From: a virus | IMG/VR virus record: IMGVR_UViG_3300045988_051781 | Span: 1 to 45,142 of that record | Reading direction: 5' to 3' (one strand) | DNA: 45,142 bases | In this document: in pieces, positions 16,471-24,316 of the stretch | Numbering within the stretch: the stretch's first letter is position 1 | Layout of the letters: every line of letters begins with the position of its first letter | The notes under the pieces: model-generated | The model's input: only the letters and a program-made list of their open reading frames with translations | The model's database searches: none | Told to the model about the DNA's origin: nothing | Translations under genes and position numbers: made by a program

Positions 16471-16893
16471 TTACATATCTGCGAGTTTTCTGATCTGTTT
16501 TTGAATCTCTTTTCTCTCGTCCGCGAAATCAGAATCCATGACCATAGAGGAAAGCATATCATAAACCTCTACCATCAATCTTCCAACACATTCCATCACC
16601 TTGTCACGGTGTGCCTGATCTCCGTTCTCCTTGTATGCTTCTTTTGCAAGAATGTATCTGTTGTATAATTCATCAATATTCTTGTCGTATTTTCCGTTGC
16701 TGTACTTCTTAATCAGATTTTCTGAAGCTTCAGAAAGTACTGTCGGCATTTCTGCACATTCAAGTTCATGGATATTGCAGAGCGTTCCCGTGATCTTATA
16801 GATTGCATCCAGGTTGGAGAGCGTAAGCTCACGCTTTATTGATTCTTTCTCCCTATCCAACTGGTTTTTGAGAATCTTTTTTACTTCTTCCAT
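16471..16893 (-). CDS. Hypothetical helical protein (140 aa), cargo island
   Basis: ATG at 16893 after a GAGGTGG RBS. No family recognised. Confidence 0.55.
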   Translation of the reverse strand: MEEVKKILKNQLDREKESIKRELTLSNLDAIYKITGTLCNIHELECAEMPTVLSEASENLIKKYSNGKYDKNIDELYNRYILAKEAYKENGDQAHRDKVMECVGRLMVEVYDMLSSMVMDSDFADERKEIQKQIRKLADM

Positions 16894-16894
16894 C

Positions 16895-17488
16895 TCATTC
16901 CACCTCAATTCCTTTTAACTTCTTATTGTATTTTTCTTGTATTTCCGGCTGAATTTCAGTAATGTACACCATATCGTATCCAACGGAGATCAGATCAGAA
17001 ATCATCCGTTCTACCGTTTTTAGCTCTGCACTTACATCTTCCACCAATTTTTCTACAAAAATAGCGTCTGCTACAGATCCGGTTTCTCTGAGCTTTTGTG
17101 CGTACTTCTCATACACGAATTTTGTATCGGATTCCCAGTTGTGATATTCGAGAAATCCATCTTCTACCGCTTTCTGTTTGGTGCTTTTGCCTACAGACAA
17201 CCTTTTTGCCGTGTACCATGCATCCGGTATGATATTCACTTCGCCGGAAAAATCCTCTTTTATGAGTGCATTGTGGTGGTTAATGTAATATCTGCATACC
17301 TTTCGCCGTTCTATGCTTTCTGCTAAATGCTGGTACTCATGCAGATGTTTGTATCCTCTTAGACCTAAGAAATCAAAGTAATCTGCAAATTGTCCATGCA
17401 TCATAATTGCTCCGATAAACCGGTTATTGATCTCCGAAAAAATCTCTTCTGGCGTGCTTACGTCCATTTTGCTTTTAAATTCGATCAT
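16895..17488 (-). CDS. Ferritin-like four-helix-bundle protein, metal ligands apparently degenerate
   Basis: HGQFADYFDFLGLRGYKHLHEYQHLAESIERRK and DAIFVEKLVEDVSAELKTVERMISDL follow remembered ferritin helix patterns (YFD..L.GFA.FF..Q..EE..HA.K; FLQWFV.EQ.EE). ExxH appears as ExxR. Confidence 0.55.
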   Translation of the reverse strand: MIEFKSKMDVSTPEEIFSEINNRFIGAIMMHGQFADYFDFLGLRGYKHLHEYQHLAESIERRKVCRYYINHHNALIKEDFSGEVNIIPDAWYTAKRLSVGKSTKQKAVEDGFLEYHNWESDTKFVYEKYAQKLRETGSVADAIFVEKLVEDVSAELKTVERMISDLISVGYDMVYITEIQPEIQEKYNKKLKGIEVE

Positions 17489-17502
17489 AAGCTCACCCCT
17501 TT

Positions 17503-17931
17503 CTAGGCAAGCTTTTTGATGATGATATTTGCATCTTTCACAAGAACTGAAGTCGCACTGATGTTTCCGACAGATACGGTAAAGCTACTTCCAGACGGTA
17601 CCGCAATCAGTGTTGATGCTTTCACGTTCTGGTATACTTCTGCGGTTGCAACTGTATAATCCATTTCGGTTCCTCCGATTGCTTCGCCGTTCAACTCTAT
17701 CGTAAGTGCTGTCGCTCCGGCGGCTGCCGCTGAAACATTGGCGTTAAATTCTACTTCTACCGCCATTGGAAGATTTCCGCGGTTGGTTACTTCAAAAAGT
17801 CCACTACCGTCATCATGATTGAGCCATCCACTAGTGCAAGCGCAGCGGCGGCTTTTTACTCTTGTGTTCGTAAATATAACATTCTGATTTACCGCGACTG
17901 TCTGTGCGGCTTTTGCAATTACATTTAACAT
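17503..17931 (-). CDS. BclA C-terminal / C1q-TNF-like jelly-roll domain protein
   Basis: 142 aa, beta-rich. TIELNGEAIGGT and the C-terminus VLVKDANIIIKKLA resemble the remembered BclA C-terminal domain (TIQVNGVPVPGT ... SASIIIEKVA). AGGAG RBS. Confidence 0.55.
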   Translation of the reverse strand: MLNVIAKAAQTVAVNQNVIFTNTRVKSRRCACTSGWLNHDDGSGLFEVTNRGNLPMAVEVEFNANVSAAAAGATALTIELNGEAIGGTEMDYTVATAEVYQNVKASTLIAVPSGSSFTVSVGNISATSVLVKDANIIIKKLA

Positions 17932-17945
17932 ATATATTCTCCTTT

Positions 17946-17975
17946 CAAAAAAGGGATAGACTACTGCCTACCCCT
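17946..17975 (-). terminator. Intrinsic terminator-like hairpin inside the cargo island
   Basis: Minus strand GGGGTAG-N8-CTATCCC followed by TTTTTT, just after the stop at 17989 and before the RBS of 17503..17931. Confidence 0.5.
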
Positions 17976-17988
17976 TTGATTTGCAAGA

Positions 17989-18195
17989 CTACTTTTTTGT
18001 AGACATGGATTCTTCCAACATGCTTATGATTTTGTTTTGGTTTTCAATTATTTTTAAAAAATACTTACTGTCTTGCTCATGTAAGTGTTTTTCAATGTCA
18101 GAATTACTCGCCTGTGATAGATCGCTGTTAAAATTCGCTATCTGCAAAGCAACTCCGTACACTGTCAGAAAGTCAAGCAGTGATATATCGTTCAC
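17989..18195 (-). CDS. Hypothetical 68-aa protein, cargo island
   Basis: GTG start abutting the upstream stop (TAAGTG). No family recognised. Confidence 0.45.
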   Translation of the reverse strand: MNDISLLDFLTVYGVALQIANFNSDLSQASNSDIEKHLHEQDSKYFLKIIENQNKIISMLEESMSTKK

Positions 18196-18864
18196 TTACA
18201 TCACATTCCCACTTGCACAGCAACCATTACCAAATGCGTTATACGCAAAGTACGGACTGCAAGAAATATAAGCCGGTTTTGGTGTCGGTCTCACTGCATC
18301 AATAATGTTATTGGTCTGTGATACCTGTGAGATCTGCCAATATGCTGTCTGCAAATCTCTGTCACGATCAGCGAGTTTGTCTCTCAAGTTCTGAATCGTG
18401 TTATCCTGGATTAACTGGCGTGTAGCCTGTCCATCTGCTAAGATGCTTTCTTTTATATCACAGCAGCATTGTGCCAGCTGTGCCTGCATACTCTGCGCCT
18501 GTAATGACGCATCATATCTACTCTGTAAGATCTCTTTCTGTGTGTTACAGCAACACTGCGCCTGCTGAGCCTGTAAGTTCTGCAATCCGAGCTGTGTGGT
18601 ATAGCGGTTCTCTAACACGTCTCTCTGTGTCTCGCAAGCTGTGTTAGACACGTTCTGGTTTGTGTTAAAGATATCTCTTTTCACGAATTCGTCAGAGACA
18701 AAAGCGTTCTGTGCTCCGTTGTTGTTTCCCCATCCGTTACCGCAAAACAGGAAAGCAAGAATGATGATCCAGAACCATCCTCCATCGCCCCACATTCCAT
18801 TGTCGTTGTTCCTTGTTACTGCTGCTACATCGGCAGCACTTAACGTACTCATACCATCGTTCAT
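18196..18864 (-). CDS. Membrane-anchored protein with three coiled-coil repeats, two of them headed by CCC triplets
   Basis: AGGAG RBS. N-terminal GDGGWFWIIILAFLFCGNGWG hydrophobic segment. Repeats ACETQRDVLENRY.., CCCNTQKEILQSRYD.., CCCDIKESILADGQ... C-terminal GNGCCASGNVM. Confidence 0.6.
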   Translation of the reverse strand: MNDGMSTLSAADVAAVTRNNDNGMWGDGGWFWIIILAFLFCGNGWGNNNGAQNAFVSDEFVKRDIFNTNQNVSNTACETQRDVLENRYTTQLGLQNLQAQQAQCCCNTQKEILQSRYDASLQAQSMQAQLAQCCCDIKESILADGQATRQLIQDNTIQNLRDKLADRDRDLQTAYWQISQVSQTNNIIDAVRPTPKPAYISCSPYFAYNAFGNGCCASGNVM

Positions 18865-18916
18865 GTTGGTTCTCCTTTACATTTATTTATCAAGGCGTGT
18901 GCACTCCGCCAGGATA

Positions 18917-19168
18917 TCATTTTAATTTGTTTACAATATCATTCGGGTTCATTCCGTTCTTCTGGCACATCTCCATAAATACATCTTTCGGGTTTCTTCC
19001 TTGGCACATATCAATAGCCTTTTTGATGTTCGGGTTATTCTGCGCCATGTTCTGCAACATTTCCCCAGGATTCTGTGCGCCCCTCATGAATCCCATCATT
19101 TTTTGCATCATTCCGAACGGGTTATTCCCACTTGTTCCTCCGATCATTCCCATTAACGGATTACTCAT
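18917..19168 (-). CDS. Small Met/Asn/Pro/Gly-rich protein (83 aa), cargo island
   Basis: MSNPLMGMIGGTSGNNPFGMMQKMMGFMRGAQNPGEM... ATG overlaps the upstream stop. AAGGGG RBS. Confidence 0.5.
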   Translation of the reverse strand: MSNPLMGMIGGTSGNNPFGMMQKMMGFMRGAQNPGEMLQNMAQNNPNIKKAIDMCQGRNPKDVFMEMCQKNGMNPNDIVNKLK

Positions 19169-19595
19169 GCTTCATTTCCCCTTTCTCTTCCGTCTGTGCT
19201 TTTATGTTCGACAGAAAACGCTCAAACTCTTCTCGTGTCACATACCGGTTATCCATGTCGGTAGTTACCGGCTGTGGTGCTTCATTCGGCTGGATTTCCT
19301 TAAATTCAAACGCCTTAAAGTTCACTCCGCCCATGTTGTCGACAGACTTAACATAGAATCTAGGTGCATTGTTATCCATCATCCACGATGTTCCACCCGG
19401 CTGTACAATCTGGTTTCTAGCACCGTCCACACCGTTCACCTGTATCCAATTTACGTTTGGCTGTTGTGTCTGCATCGGCTGCTTGTACTGGTTCTGTATC
19501 TGTGACAGCTGGTCTATTCTCTGTTGCAATACCTGTTGGTCTTGCATATATGGACTTTGCATTTGTGGCATATAATATGGACTGTATCCGTTCAT
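19161..19595 (-). CDS. Protein with a Q-rich N-terminus and a globular C-terminal domain (144 aa), cargo island
   Basis: ATG 19595 after AGGAGG. MNGYSPYYMPQMQSPYMQDQQVLQQRIDQLSQIQNQYKQPMQTQQ, then WIQVNGVDGARNQIVQPGGTSWMMDNNAPRFYVKSVD. Confidence 0.55.
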   Translation of the reverse strand: MNGYSPYYMPQMQSPYMQDQQVLQQRIDQLSQIQNQYKQPMQTQQPNVNWIQVNGVDGARNQIVQPGGTSWMMDNNAPRFYVKSVDNMGGVNFKAFEFKEIQPNEAPQPVTTDMDNRYVTREEFERFLSNIKAQTEEKGEMKHE

Positions 19596-19690
19596 CAAAA
19601 AACACCTCCTTGTTTTCTATACCTTAATTTTACGCATAAAAAAAGAACTCTAACAGTTCGTTAAAGTCCTTAGAAAGAATCACAAAAGTA

Positions 19691-19906
19691 TCAGCACACT
19701 TTTATGATCTTTGTATTTATTCGTCTGCTTATTCTCTTTACAGTGGATAAGCTCACGTTCATCTTTTCTGCGCACAATTCCAGAGGTACGTCCATGCTCC
19801 GCAGATCAAAGAGTTCCATTTCTGTGGGCGTGAAATTACATTCTTTTCTTAGGTATTCGATTTCTTTACGTGTAAAAGAACATATTTTCATGATACCATA
19901 AATCAC
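19691..19906 (-). CDS. Small sigma-70 region-4 / GerE-LuxR-like HTH protein (about 66-71 aa)
   Basis: TPTEMELFDLRSMDVPLELCAEKMNVSLSTVKRISRRINTKI fits the region-4/LuxR HTH pattern. Start ambiguous (GTG 19906 or ATG 19891). Confidence 0.55.
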   Translation of the reverse strand: MIYGIMKICSFTRKEIEYLRKECNFTPTEMELFDLRSMDVPLELCAEKMNVSLSTVKRISRRINTKIIKVC

Positions 19907-20253
19907 GCTTTCTTGTCTGTCATTGCATTTACCAATTCTTCCCGTGTTTTTTTTAAACCCTCAATGTTATTCCCGGTTATCTTGTTTTCGATAAGATTGA
20001 ACATACTTCGCATAAGCAAATTCATATCTTCCTTAGTGTTCCTGATAGATTTATAGTCACTATCGAGCTTTTTGTTTATGTCCGATATGCTTTCCTCGAT
20101 ATTCCCAATCCTGCCCTCGATATTTTCTATCTTCTTATCTTGCTGTTTTCTTGGACTGTCCATGTGCTTTTTCCACGTGGAAATCACTGCCACAGCTCCA
20201 CCAATAACCGTGATCGCATTGCAGATCACCAAAAATTGTGTTAACTGTTCCAT
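19903..20253 (-). CDS. N-terminal TM + coiled-coil protein (116 aa)
   Basis: TAAATG coupling to the MuF-like gene and an AGGAG RBS. FLVICNAITVIGGAVAVISTW hydrophobic helix followed by heptad-like repeats. Confidence 0.55.
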   Translation of the reverse strand: MEQLTQFLVICNAITVIGGAVAVISTWKKHMDSPRKQQDKKIENIEGRIGNIEESISDINKKLDSDYKSIRNTKEDMNLLMRSMFNLIENKITGNNIEGLKKTREELVNAMTDKKA

Positions 20254-21480
20254 TTATTCTCCTTTAGCTACCTGATACCGCTTTGCTCCTTGCATTGCCT
20301 TTACTGACTCCGATCTATGCCAATTTGCCACCTTTAAGCGTTCTGCATACTCTTTCAGATCATTCGCTTTGCAAAATTTACTGTATTCTTTCTTCTGCCT
20401 TGCCAGTGTATCCGCTTTTCTGTCGTATTTGTTCTGCAACTCAAATTTGAGCTTTTCGTCTCGGCAACTGTCTATAGCTGTCTGTATGTTTTGCAGATCT
20501 CCCTTGCTATTCCTGATCCGGCGTTCCAGTATCCTCTGTCTTTTCTGCAAGGATTCCGCTTTGTAGTTGTCGGCTTTCTTTATGCTGTCTATATCGAATG
20601 GATTGTTGATTCCGTCACCAGATCCGAAAGAGTGTCGGCAATTCCATCCACACAATCCATCGCCCGTTCCGTATCCTGTCGTTTCCCGGAAGTCCGGGTA
20701 TCTTTTGTCTTTCCCTGTTCTGGAATAGAAACGGCCTTGCCACCACAAATGGTTGGTTGGATTCATTCCGCCATCTCCGGTTCTGGCTCCCAAATGAGCA
20801 GATACAAGGATTGTATCCCATTCCATTTCTTCCATTCTCTTGATAGAAATGTCTGCCGCCGCCTGTCCAATTCCTGTGCGGACGATCATCATTGTGGCTG
20901 CTTCTATGCTCAGTTTTCTTTGTGTCGGATACGTTACCTTAACGCCATTCTCTGTAATCTTGTTAAGCACATCTCTTACCGCTTCGGTATACGATACTGC
21001 ACCGGATACAACATTTCTATATGCGTTATCCATTTCGTTAATAAAAATGCGCTGTGATTCTTCGGCTGTCGTTCTTGTAAAGTTACGCCACATTTTTTCC
21101 GTTGCTGCATAATCTCTTTCAAGAATTCGGATCAGTGCTGGTGACTGCATAAGTGGCGGTGGATTAAGTCCGACTGCTTCATATACCGCATGATCCCACT
21201 TTAGAGCTTCGATGCCGGCATCTTGGAAAGCTGCTTTTATTTCCGGCAACTGCTTTTTTGTCTTGTCTGCAATCTCTTTCTGAATGTCCCCTAACAACTC
21301 TCCGGCATCTTGTAAAACCATAATCTGCCACTTATCCGTAGCGGTGAGAAGATAATCTTCTCCTCTTCCAATACGTGACATCATTCTGGCTATAATCTTA
21401 TCCATAATGTTCCGGTGCATCTGTGACGCGATTTTCTCCGCTCCGTCCGTAGCATCTTGCAAATACTCAGGTGTTAGCAT
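20254..21480 (-). CDS. Head morphogenesis / minor capsid protein (MuF / SPP1 gp7-like)
   Basis: 408 aa directly after the portal gene. Contains the GWNCRHS motif typical of MuF-like domains. Confidence 0.75.
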   Translation of the reverse strand: MLTPEYLQDATDGAEKIASQMHRNIMDKIIARMMSRIGRGEDYLLTATDKWQIMVLQDAGELLGDIQKEIADKTKKQLPEIKAAFQDAGIEALKWDHAVYEAVGLNPPPLMQSPALIRILERDYAATEKMWRNFTRTTAEESQRIFINEMDNAYRNVVSGAVSYTEAVRDVLNKITENGVKVTYPTQRKLSIEAATMMIVRTGIGQAAADISIKRMEEMEWDTILVSAHLGARTGDGGMNPTNHLWWQGRFYSRTGKDKRYPDFRETTGYGTGDGLCGWNCRHSFGSGDGINNPFDIDSIKKADNYKAESLQKRQRILERRIRNSKGDLQNIQTAIDSCRDEKLKFELQNKYDRKADTLARQKKEYSKFCKANDLKEYAERLKVANWHRSESVKAMQGAKRYQVAKGE

Positions 21481-21569
21481 ATTACTTCCTCCGGCTCATA
21501 AGGCACAGGATAATAATCGTTGCGCAAACAACGAAAATGTTCATTGTCGATACTGCCATAAGATCACCC

Positions 21570-23003
21570 CTATTCGTTTTTGAACAGATCCGGTTCTTCC
21601 GGCTCGTTCTCTTTTTTCGCTTCTTCGATCATCTGTCTCGCTTTATCCTCGCTCATGCCCTCAAATTTAGCATAATACATCCATGCCGGAACATCTCCTT
21701 GGATTCTGTATTTCCACCAGTTAGCCGCATCCTCTTGGTAGTTATATGTAATGTCGCCAAAGTTAAACACCATTGATTCTTCCAGATTTTCCCACAGCTC
21801 CGGCGGCGTATCACTGTACAGATCTGCCATGACATTGCAGCCATATAACAGCTGCTTGATACATTCTTCCAGAGTGTCGCGGATGTTCTTAATTGTTCGG
21901 ATTGTTTCCTGATCGTCCGCTTCTACCTGTGTGGCGGTCATCATGCCGGTTTTTTCATCCAACTGGAAAAATCCCTGAGAGAATCCACATTTTGTTGAAA
22001 TCATGGCAAGAATCGAATTGATATCTTTGATTCTCTGTTCTGTTAATAAGGTGGCAACGTGTTCATGAATCATGTTTTCATCGTTCACACCTACGCCCAT
22101 CTCCACGCCTTTTAGTGTTCGCGGGAGCTTAACCTTGTTGTCTTTTGCATACCGTATAGCACTGTAAGGTAGATAAGTAACGTGCTTGCTGTCCTCTGTC
22201 TCTGTCCCTTTTCTACTCCATGCAATATCCAGATCTTTCAGCTCCTTGATGCAGTTGCACCAGATTGGAACGCCTAATGCACTATCACGGTCGATCCTGT
22301 TCGGTGACGGATTCTTAAAGAGCGCAAACAGCGGTTTTTCTACATTGGCAATATATACATCCGGCTCAATCTCTTCCCATTCCGCCACTTCTGTAAGGCC
22401 GCATGGTCTGCCGATTCCAGTTGCTACGCCAGTGCTTCCAATTCTTTTTTTGTATGCTACGTTCGTGATCCGGTACAATTCGCCCTCGTACCTCTGCCAC
22501 TCATAGCGCGTGTATCTATATCCGTTTCGGTCTAAGATTGTACGGAACACACAACCTTTTATGTCGCCGTTGCTGTCTGTTGCTGTCGGCGCAAAGTTGC
22601 CAGCTTCTACATAATCAATATTCTCACCGTTTGGCTTGAACATGATACCGGCATTTCCTAATCCGTCGGATACCTTGTCACTGATTACTTTCAGTACGTA
22701 GTCAGCTTGTTTTTTTAGTAATTCCGCTCTACCCTGTCCGTCAATCTGAATATCCAAATCAAGCGTCACAAGTCCGGCGGTCACATCATCTATGTATCCG
22801 GCAAAGTTGATCGTGTCCACTTCGTCTTCCTGGTCTTTCCACGGAGGATTTCCGCTTGTAATGTTGTAAAACGTCGCTATTGCTTTTTCCATTGCGGACG
22901 ACAGCGACACGTCCGTTTTAAAAATGTCTTTTGCATCTTTTCTAAGCAATCTGTCAATCACCGTCCTCGCCCATGCTATAAATCCCATGCTTAATATCTC
23001 CAC
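21570..23003 (-). CDS. Portal protein (SPP1 gp6-like)
   Basis: 477 aa, overlaps the terL stop. Assigned from position and size, with a conserved-looking portal core. Confidence 0.85.
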   Translation of the reverse strand: MEILSMGFIAWARTVIDRLLRKDAKDIFKTDVSLSSAMEKAIATFYNITSGNPPWKDQEDEVDTINFAGYIDDVTAGLVTLDLDIQIDGQGRAELLKKQADYVLKVISDKVSDGLGNAGIMFKPNGENIDYVEAGNFAPTATDSNGDIKGCVFRTILDRNGYRYTRYEWQRYEGELYRITNVAYKKRIGSTGVATGIGRPCGLTEVAEWEEIEPDVYIANVEKPLFALFKNPSPNRIDRDSALGVPIWCNCIKELKDLDIAWSRKGTETEDSKHVTYLPYSAIRYAKDNKVKLPRTLKGVEMGVGVNDENMIHEHVATLLTEQRIKDINSILAMISTKCGFSQGFFQLDEKTGMMTATQVEADDQETIRTIKNIRDTLEECIKQLLYGCNVMADLYSDTPPELWENLEESMVFNFGDITYNYQEDAANWWKYRIQGDVPAWMYYAKFEGMSEDKARQMIEEAKKENEPEEPDLFKNE

Positions 23004-24316
23004 CTTAATCTACGTCTTAAAAATGTGTAGCAGTAATATCTTGTATCATCCATACTGTGGTCATTTTCTTTGATAACGACATCATCGCCCTTTTCTTCAT
23101 CCCACACGTACAGACCATACTCTTTTATGTTGTCCTCGCAGTCCTCGTGTACGCTTATCATGTCCTTGTTCAGCATCGTAGTTACCACCCTGATACCGTC
23201 TAGGACATCATTATTCGCGCCCATTACACTGTATTCATTATATTTCTTTATGACCTCGATAAATGAAGCGGCAGACGGATCGACAATAATACATTCGACA
23301 CGTCTGTTCCCGATTAACTTTTTCAGCATCTTGTAATATTCTTCATCATCCACACGCTTTTTTTTCTTTCGGCTATCATAATAGATCTCCGCTTCTCTCT
23401 GTGAATGCCATCCATCGAACGCCCACAGTCCGGCAGAAAAAGGATTCACTGTTCCGTAGTCAACAGATACGACATAGGTCAGCGCGCCGGTCATGTGCTC
23501 TTTTTTCACATGTCTCTCTTCGGAAAACATAGAATACACAAGTCCTTCAGCAACGCACCACAATCCTAGTACGTATCTTTTAAAGAAAACGCCATCATAC
23601 ATGGTGTAATATCTTTTCTTGTTCTCTTCCGCTAAAGACAAGTTATCATCCATAATAAAATGCAGATATATGATATTTTTTTCTTTGCACTTGTCAATCC
23701 AATTGATTTTGAACCAATGTCTCGGACTGTCCGGGTTGCAGTTGAACCAGAATTTGGATCCTGTCACAGAACAACGTCCAGTCGCCTGATTCACAAATGA
23801 TTCCGGCATCAGTGCCACTTCGTCAAAAAACATTCCGGCGAGCGTGATTCCCTGTATGAGATCCTGTGATCGTTCGTCTTTTCCTCCGAATATGTAAAAA
23901 TAATTTACAATTGCCCCTTTGCTGACAATGAGCAGATTGTCTGATCTATGATCCGCTATTGAATATCCACGGCTTAAAAGCATTAACTTTAGCCAGAATA
24001 ATACATTTCTTCTGAATGCTCCGATTGTTTTCCCGGCCATACCAAAATTTTGACGATTGAATGTATTCATCGCCCACAGCACGTAAGAAAGAGACATGCA
24101 CAACGTTTTGCCACTTCGGATTGATCCATCTGCTATAATGCCGTCCTTGTCCTTAACTGGACTATTCGGACACCACCAGGTCAGGACTTGCTTCTGCTTA
24201 ACAGAGAACGGTTTGAAAGCGAACCCTTGCTTCTTAACCTTTTCTTTCATGGCAGACGCACGTTTCATAATGCCCTTGCGTACATTCTCTATACGCTGAT
24301 CTATGCTATTCGTCAT
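22991..24316 (-). CDS. terL: Terminase large subunit (PBSX-type)
   Basis: 441 aa. Walker A-like GSIRSGKT, FFDEV Walker B-like motif, C-terminal nuclease-like region VDYGTVNPF...DTRY. Overlaps terS. Confidence 0.9.
   Translation of the reverse strand: MTNSIDQRIENVRKGIMKRASAMKEKVKKQGFAFKPFSVKQKQVLTWWCPNSPVKDKDGIIADGSIRSGKTLCMSLSYVLWAMNTFNRQNFGMAGKTIGAFRRNVLFWLKLMLLSRGYSIADHRSDNLLIVSKGAIVNYFYIFGGKDERSQDLIQGITLAGMFFDEVALMPESFVNQATGRCSVTGSKFWFNCNPDSPRHWFKINWIDKCKEKNIIYLHFIMDDNLSLAEENKKRYYTMYDGVFFKRYVLGLWCVAEGLVYSMFSEERHVKKEHMTGALTYVVSVDYGTVNPFSAGLWAFDGWHSQREAEIYYDSRKKKKRVDDEEYYKMLKKLIGNRRVECIIVDPSAASFIEVIKKYNEYSVMGANNDVLDGIRVVTTMLNKDMISVHEDCEDNIKEYGLYVWDEEKGDDVVIKENDHSMDDTRYYCYTFLRRRLRWRY

Noticed and set aside
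14234-17488. Ferritin-like gene + HK97-type capsid as an encapsulin-like nanocompartment operon
   Set aside because: The capsid gene sits in a complete packaging, connector and tail module, so it is a genuine virion shell. The targeting-peptide resemblance is weak, and the idea is kept only as a speculative note in the ferritin finding.
21482-21559. 25-aa hydrophobic ORF (MAVSTMNIFVVCATIIILCLMSRRK) between the portal and MuF-like genes, and a 21-aa basic leader ORF at 24757..24822 before terS
   Set aside because: Both are too short to support from sequence alone. They might be real micro-ORFs used for translational coupling, but I cannot distinguish them from chance.
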